Shown piece after piece: positions 59,674-64,000 of a stretch of DNA of 64,000 bases. Position numbers and translations under genes: made by a program. This DNA comes from Ignisphaera sp. (lineage in GTDB: Archaea > Thermoproteota > Thermoprotei_A > Sulfolobales > Ignisphaeraceae): assembly GCA_038889075.1 (NCBI GenBank), contig JAWAHS010000001.1, forward strand, positions 215,764 through 279,763, read 5' to 3'. The notes beneath the pieces are model-generated. The model saw only the letters and a list, made by a program, of their open reading frames with translations, did not search any database and was not told the origin of the DNA. Position 1 is the stretch's first letter, and each line of letters starts with the position of its first letter.

Positions 59674-60671
59674 TTGTTTTAGGTATAGAGTCAACTGCAC
59701 ATACATTCGGTGTTGGGATAGTAGATAGCTCTAGTGAAAAATTTATTATAGCTGATGAGAGAGAGCAATATATACCAAAGCACGGTGGTATACATCCAAG
59801 AGAGGCGGCTAGATTCTTTGCAGAAAAGGGTCCAATAGTAGTTGGAAGAGCTCTTGCTAGTGCCAATATAGATATTGATAGGATTGACGGTATTGCAATT
59901 GCTCTCGGACCCGGTCTAGGTCCCTGTCTACGTATTGGAGCAACGATCGCAAGAGCTCTCTCAATATATTTCAGAAAACCTCTGATACCTGTTAATCATG
60001 CCGTTGCCCATATCGAGATAGGACTAAAGCTTACAAATCTTTCAGACCCTGTTATAATCTATCTCTCAGGCGGTAATACAGCTATTGTAGCATATATTGA
60101 TAAAAGGTATAGAATTTTTGGAGAAACACTCGACATAGCACTAGGAAACCTTTTGGACACCTTTGCCCGTGAAGTAGGTCTAGGCCCTCCCTACGTTATA
60201 AATGGTGTCCATGTTGTTGATAGATGTGCTGAAAGTGGGAGGAGGATTGTAAGAGATCTGCCATATGTAGTTAAGGGTCAGGATGTAGCATTTTCCGGAT
60301 TGCTAACCGCTGCACTAAGGATGTATAAAAGCGGCGTTGATTTAAATGACCTATGTCTAACACTTAGAGAGATAGCATACAACAGCATACTTGAAGTTGG
60401 AGCACGATGTCTCATGCATACCAGAAAGAGTGAGGTGATGGTTGTTGGTGGTGTTGCTGCAAGCCCTATCCTTAGGGAGAAGCTTGAAATTCTCGCAAAA
60501 ATCTACAGCGCTAAGCTAGGTATCGTACCACCTAGATACGCTGTAGACAATGGCGTTATGATAGCGTGGATGGGTGTGCTAGAGATGTACTCGGGTATTA
60601 CAATAGAGCCTGAGAGAGCTTTGGTTAACCAGAGATGGCGTTTAGACGAAGTTGATGTCATATGGAGATAG
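59670..60671 (+). CDS. kae1: KEOPS t6A synthase Kae1
   Basis: LGIESTAHT, GGIHPRE, GPGLGPCL, VNHAVAHIE, SGGNT, GETLD, DNGVMI, QRWR.D. Confidence 0.97.
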   Translation: MIVLGIESTAHTFGVGIVDSSSEKFIIADEREQYIPKHGGIHPREAARFFAEKGPIVVGRALASANIDIDRIDGIAIALGPGLGPCLRIGATIARALSIYFRKPLIPVNHAVAHIEIGLKLTNLSDPVIIYLSGGNTAIVAYIDKRYRIFGETLDIALGNLLDTFAREVGLGPPYVINGVHVVDRCAESGRRIVRDLPYVVKGQDVAFSGLLTAALRMYKSGVDLNDLCLTLREIAYNSILEVGARCLMHTRKSEVMVVGGVAASPILREKLEILAKIYSAKLGIVPPRYAVDNGVMIAWMGVLEMYSGITIEPERALVNQRWRLDEVDVIWR

Positions 60672-61423
60672 AGCTACCAGAATTGCTAAAGAATATGATT
60701 AGAGAAAAACTCTACATCTATGCAGATGACATCAAATCTATAGATATTCTCAGCGAACCTCTAATTCTCTCAATAGGTGCTGAAGCATACATACTGAGAA
60801 GTAGGTTCATGGGTATTGAATCCGTAATCAAGTGGAGGTTTCCGAAACCATACATGCCACCAGAGCTTGATAGAGAGTTTAGAAGTGTCAGGACGGAAAC
60901 CGAGGCTAAGATTATGTGGAAATCGCTTCTAATAGGTGTAAAAACTTCTGTACCACTCTATGTAGATATCGATAATGCAATTATTATAATGACATACATA
61001 GAGGGAAATACACTTAGGGAACTTGTAAAACAAACTGAAGATGAAGAGCTCTGTAAAGTGTGTCACGAGATAGGTGTTTACACGGCAAAAATGCATATGA
61101 ATGGTATATCGCATGGCGATCTAACGACAAGCAATGTTCTAATAGATTCCAGAGAGAGGCAGGTCTATCTTATAGATTTCGGTCTGGCCTCATTTGGTAG
61201 AAGGGCTGAGGATTACGCTATAGATATCCACATATTCTTTAGATCTATTGAAAGTGCTCATATAGCTCGTGAGAAGATTATGAAGGAATGCTTTTTAGAT
61301 GGCTACGAAGCTATCAGCGGTAGTGGTGAGGTCTCCAAAATGCTTAGAATAGTTAACGATATTAGGAAGAGAGGAAGATATGTTGCTGAAAGAAAGTTAA
61401 AGAGTGAATGGAGATCCCTATGA
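60662..61423 (+). CDS. bud32: KEOPS kinase Bud32
   Basis: GAEA, K.R.PK.Y, HGDLTTSN, IDFGL, RGRY. Confidence 0.95.
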   Translation: MEIELPELLKNMIREKLYIYADDIKSIDILSEPLILSIGAEAYILRSRFMGIESVIKWRFPKPYMPPELDREFRSVRTETEAKIMWKSLLIGVKTSVPLYVDIDNAIIIMTYIEGNTLRELVKQTEDEELCKVCHEIGVYTAKMHMNGISHGDLTTSNVLIDSRERQVYLIDFGLASFGRRAEDYAIDIHIFFRSIESAHIAREKIMKECFLDGYEAISGSGEVSKMLRIVNDIRKRGRYVAERKLKSEWRSL

Positions 61424-62013
61424 TGCTAGAACTGCTTTTTGCAACCAATAATATGAATAAGGTGAAGGAGGCCGAACTTGTGCTAAGTAGATTTGGTATA
61501 GCGCTAAAGGCTGTGGCTATTGATAAGATAGAGATTCAGAGTTCTTCACTGAGGGAAATAGCAATATACGCTGCAAAAAGTGCATTTAGAGTTGCCAAAA
61601 GACCAATAATAGTCGAAGATTCGGGTCTTTTTATCGATGCACTAAATGGCTTTCCAGGTCCGTACAGCAACTACGTATATAAAACTATAGGATTGAAAGG
61701 CATACTAAAGTTGTTGGATGGCGTTACGGATAGGAGGGCGAGATTTACAGCTGTTGTAGCACTCGCTGTAGGTGAAGGTGATGTGTATGTGTTTGAGGGT
61801 TCTATAGAGGGATACATCTCCTCTGAGATTAGGGGAGGCTCCGGCTTCGGCTTCGATCCAATATTTATACCCGTAGGATGCAGTAAAACATTTGGTGAAA
61901 TGGATATAGCTGAGAAGACTATCTACTCACATAGGGGTAAGGCATTTAGAGAATTGGGTATATGGATTCTTAATAATAGGGATAAAGCTTTAATACAGAG
62001 TAAAGCTTTATAG
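61420..62013 (+). CDS. rdgB: Non-canonical purine NTP pyrophosphatase (RdgB/Ham1)
   Basis: FATNN.NK, EDSGL, GFPGPYS, GFGFDPIF, SHRGKA. Confidence 0.95.
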   Translation: MMLELLFATNNMNKVKEAELVLSRFGIALKAVAIDKIEIQSSSLREIAIYAAKSAFRVAKRPIIVEDSGLFIDALNGFPGPYSNYVYKTIGLKGILKLLDGVTDRRARFTAVVALAVGEGDVYVFEGSIEGYISSEIRGGSGFGFDPIFIPVGCSKTFGEMDIAEKTIYSHRGKAFRELGIWILNNRDKALIQSKAL

Positions 62014-62060
62014 GAAACTCAGAAACTGTATAGGGTTAACTCTATATCTTGGTGCATCCT

Positions 62061-62612
62061 ATGGCTGGTAAAAAGCGTGACAAAGGAGAGTCGCACTCAA
62101 TAAGACCTGTAAGGATAGGACCTCCAAAGTGGGTCAGATACTCAGAGGAAGAGGTTGCTACGCTAGCTGCTGAGCTTGCAAGACTTGGCTACACGCCATC
62201 TATGATAGGAGTTATACTTAGAGATCAATACGGAATACCACTTGTTAAGAGTATTACGGGTATGAAGCTTACAAAAATCCTTACAAAACACGGAGTAGCG
62301 TTACCTGTTCCAGAGGATCTTCTAAGGCTGATGGCAAAAGCGGTCAATCTCCATAGACATCTAAGTGAACATCCAAAGGATACAACAAGCAAGAAGGGTC
62401 TAATTGAAACCGAATCTAAGATAAATGCTCTTATAAGATACTATAAACGTGTTGGTAAACTGCCACAGGACTTTGTATATGAACCTGAGAGGGCAAGGAT
62501 TATAGTCTCCCAATATCTTGGAATGGGCACCGCTATACAACAGCCCACTACCTCCGCGCAGGTAGGGCAGCAACAGGAAGCTGCATCGGAAGCTCCAAGT
62601 GGTGTACATTAG
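62061..62612 (+). CDS. rps15: 30S ribosomal protein S15 (S13e) with Gln/Ala-rich C-terminal extension
   Basis: [33 protein letters not shown]. Confidence 0.95.
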   Translation: MAGKKRDKGESHSIRPVRIGPPKWVRYSEEEVATLAAELARLGYTPSMIGVILRDQYGIPLVKSITGMKLTKILTKHGVALPVPEDLLRLMAKAVNLHRHLSEHPKDTTSKKGLIETESKINALIRYYKRVGKLPQDFVYEPERARIIVSQYLGMGTAIQQPTTSAQVGQQQEAASEAPSGVH

Positions 62613-62639
62613 TAGATACAGCTCTAAGGATTTTATAAT

Positions 62640-63797
62640 ATGTCCAGAAATTTTAGCGAGATTTCCTCTATAGCAAGTACGTATAAATCTCTGCATGTGG
62701 TATACGCTCCAACTCTAGATTGTGTATACACTGCATCACTTCTACTTAGAACTCTGAAGGATGTTGAAGCCGATATCCAGCTAGCGCCATTCTACAGTGC
62801 TCAGAGACCAATCACTAGTACTACTGTGCTTGGTATAGGCGTAATGCAAAAGACTGGGTTGAGCGGTTCTCGATTCTTTCTTATAGACGATTTTATTGGT
62901 AGAGACCCCAAGAGCTTTCAAGCATACTCGCTATATCTATTAAAGGCTGTAAAAAATGTGTGGATCGTTTCAAAGTCTATAGAGGCCCTCGCATTATCGT
63001 CAATGCTATCATTAAGTAGGTGGAGTCTATACGATGAAAAGCTGTTCGAGGCACACAAGGCACTTCTAACAGAAGCTGTAAGTAGTAGCCTATGGGAATA
63101 CACAACTACCCTAAGACTCTTTGGCTATCCAAAGAGGGATCCCATGGTAGCGCTTGAGAGAACCGTAGATCCATATATACCGGGTATATCATTTGATAGT
63201 GAGGGATGCAAGAGAGTTATGCAGATAGCTGGCGATAGACTTGATGATGAAGGTAGGAAGAAACTTATAAATGAGCTGAATAGCATTTTCTCAGCATATC
63301 TTAAGAGTACACCTTCTATACTCGGTAGCAAGATTATTATGAAGGGTGTTGAGGATTTCGACGACCCTTACGAAGCTGTATATGCTCTGTATACATATAT
63401 GGATTTAAAGGGTGTTGAACCTCTTCTCTATCTATGCCTAGATAGCCCGATACTAAATATAGCAATCAGTAGGTATGTTAGCACTCTTAGAAGTTTTAAG
63501 AATCTTATAGATGATGTTGTTAAGAATCAGAATATAAGGAGGGTTATAGTTAAGGGCACTAGGCTAGGGGTTATCGATATTTCATCCGAGAACACAATAC
63601 CTCCTCTATATACTATTCATAGAATTCTGAAGGCTATTGGTATAGCTGATGAATTGAGCATATACGTACATGGAGGTGAATATCTCCTACCGCTACAGTT
63701 TGTAGAACCTAGATGGCCCTTTGATAGAGAGCTAAACATAGAGAGGAACTATGCTATATTCTCCTCTCTCCAGGATATTGGTGATGTAGTGCGTTGA
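62640..63797 (+). CDS. Hypothetical protein, probably a degenerate DHH/RecJ-like protein
   Basis: Occupies the DHH-protein position after rps15; LRLFGY..R, DPYIPGIS; no intact DxD/DHH motifs. Confidence 0.55.
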   Translation: MSRNFSEISSIASTYKSLHVVYAPTLDCVYTASLLLRTLKDVEADIQLAPFYSAQRPITSTTVLGIGVMQKTGLSGSRFFLIDDFIGRDPKSFQAYSLYLLKAVKNVWIVSKSIEALALSSMLSLSRWSLYDEKLFEAHKALLTEAVSSSLWEYTTTLRLFGYPKRDPMVALERTVDPYIPGISFDSEGCKRVMQIAGDRLDDEGRKKLINELNSIFSAYLKSTPSILGSKIIMKGVEDFDDPYEAVYALYTYMDLKGVEPLLYLCLDSPILNIAISRYVSTLRSFKNLIDDVVKNQNIRRVIVKGTRLGVIDISSENTIPPLYTIHRILKAIGIADELSIYVHGGEYLLPLQFVEPRWPFDRELNIERNYAIFSSLQDIGDVVR

Positions 63798-64000
63798 TCT
63801 ATGAGATAGCTATCGAAGTTCCATTTGACTATGAAAATCTTTGTCTAGGTGTTTTAAATGCTGTTAAGCCTGATAATATAACCGCTCCAAGCGGTATAGA
63901 GATAGAGATGGAGTGCCGCAATGCTGTACTTAGGATTACTGTAAGAGGGTTTGATGTCGGTATTCTAACCATTAGGAATACCGTTGACGATATATTTATG
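63794..64000 (+). CDS. pcc1: KEOPS subunit Pcc1 (3' truncated by the window edge)
   Basis: AVKPDN...P.G, I...RNTVDDI; same locus as kae1 and bud32. Confidence 0.75.
   Translation, partial: MIYEIAIEVPFDYENLCLGVLNAVKPDNITAPSGIEIEMECRNAVLRITVRGFDVGILTIRNTVDDIFM

Overview
Archaeal chromosome segment with low GC (about 38-40% by eye). The crenarchaeal-type SSB, the Thr-rich linker on a solute-binding protein, the non-canonical tRNA introns and the ribosomal/KEOPS gene order point to a Thermoproteota genome, most like Desulfurococcales/Ignisphaera (inference). The housekeeping backbone includes rnp4-rps19e-L39e-L31e-eIF6-LX-pfdA-ftsY-secE-spt5-L11-L1-P0, aIF2b-NMD3-aIF1A-RIO1-Dim2 and spt4-S24e-S27ae-kae1-bud32-ITPase-S15-pcc1. 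Two C1-metabolism blocks are unexpected for this lineage. The first is the end of a Wood-Ljungdahl ACDS cluster (cdhD, cdhE, RACo activator, CooC). The second is a corrinoid methyltransferase locus: two inverted, pyrrolysine-free MtmB paralogues (Lys/AAG and Leu at the Pyl site) that share 378-bp and 273-bp identical ends around diverged catalytic cores, plus a corrinoid protein, a BMP-family ABC importer, an MtaA/MtbA-like MT2, a radical SAM protein and NfnAB. Other features are tRNA-Glu with a 45/46 intron, tRNA-Trp with two introns (one carrying C/D-type guides for C34 and C39), a stand-alone C/D sRNA, a decayed island after tRNA-Thr, and three genes that appear to need CTG or ATA starts. 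All calls were made by eye without database searches.
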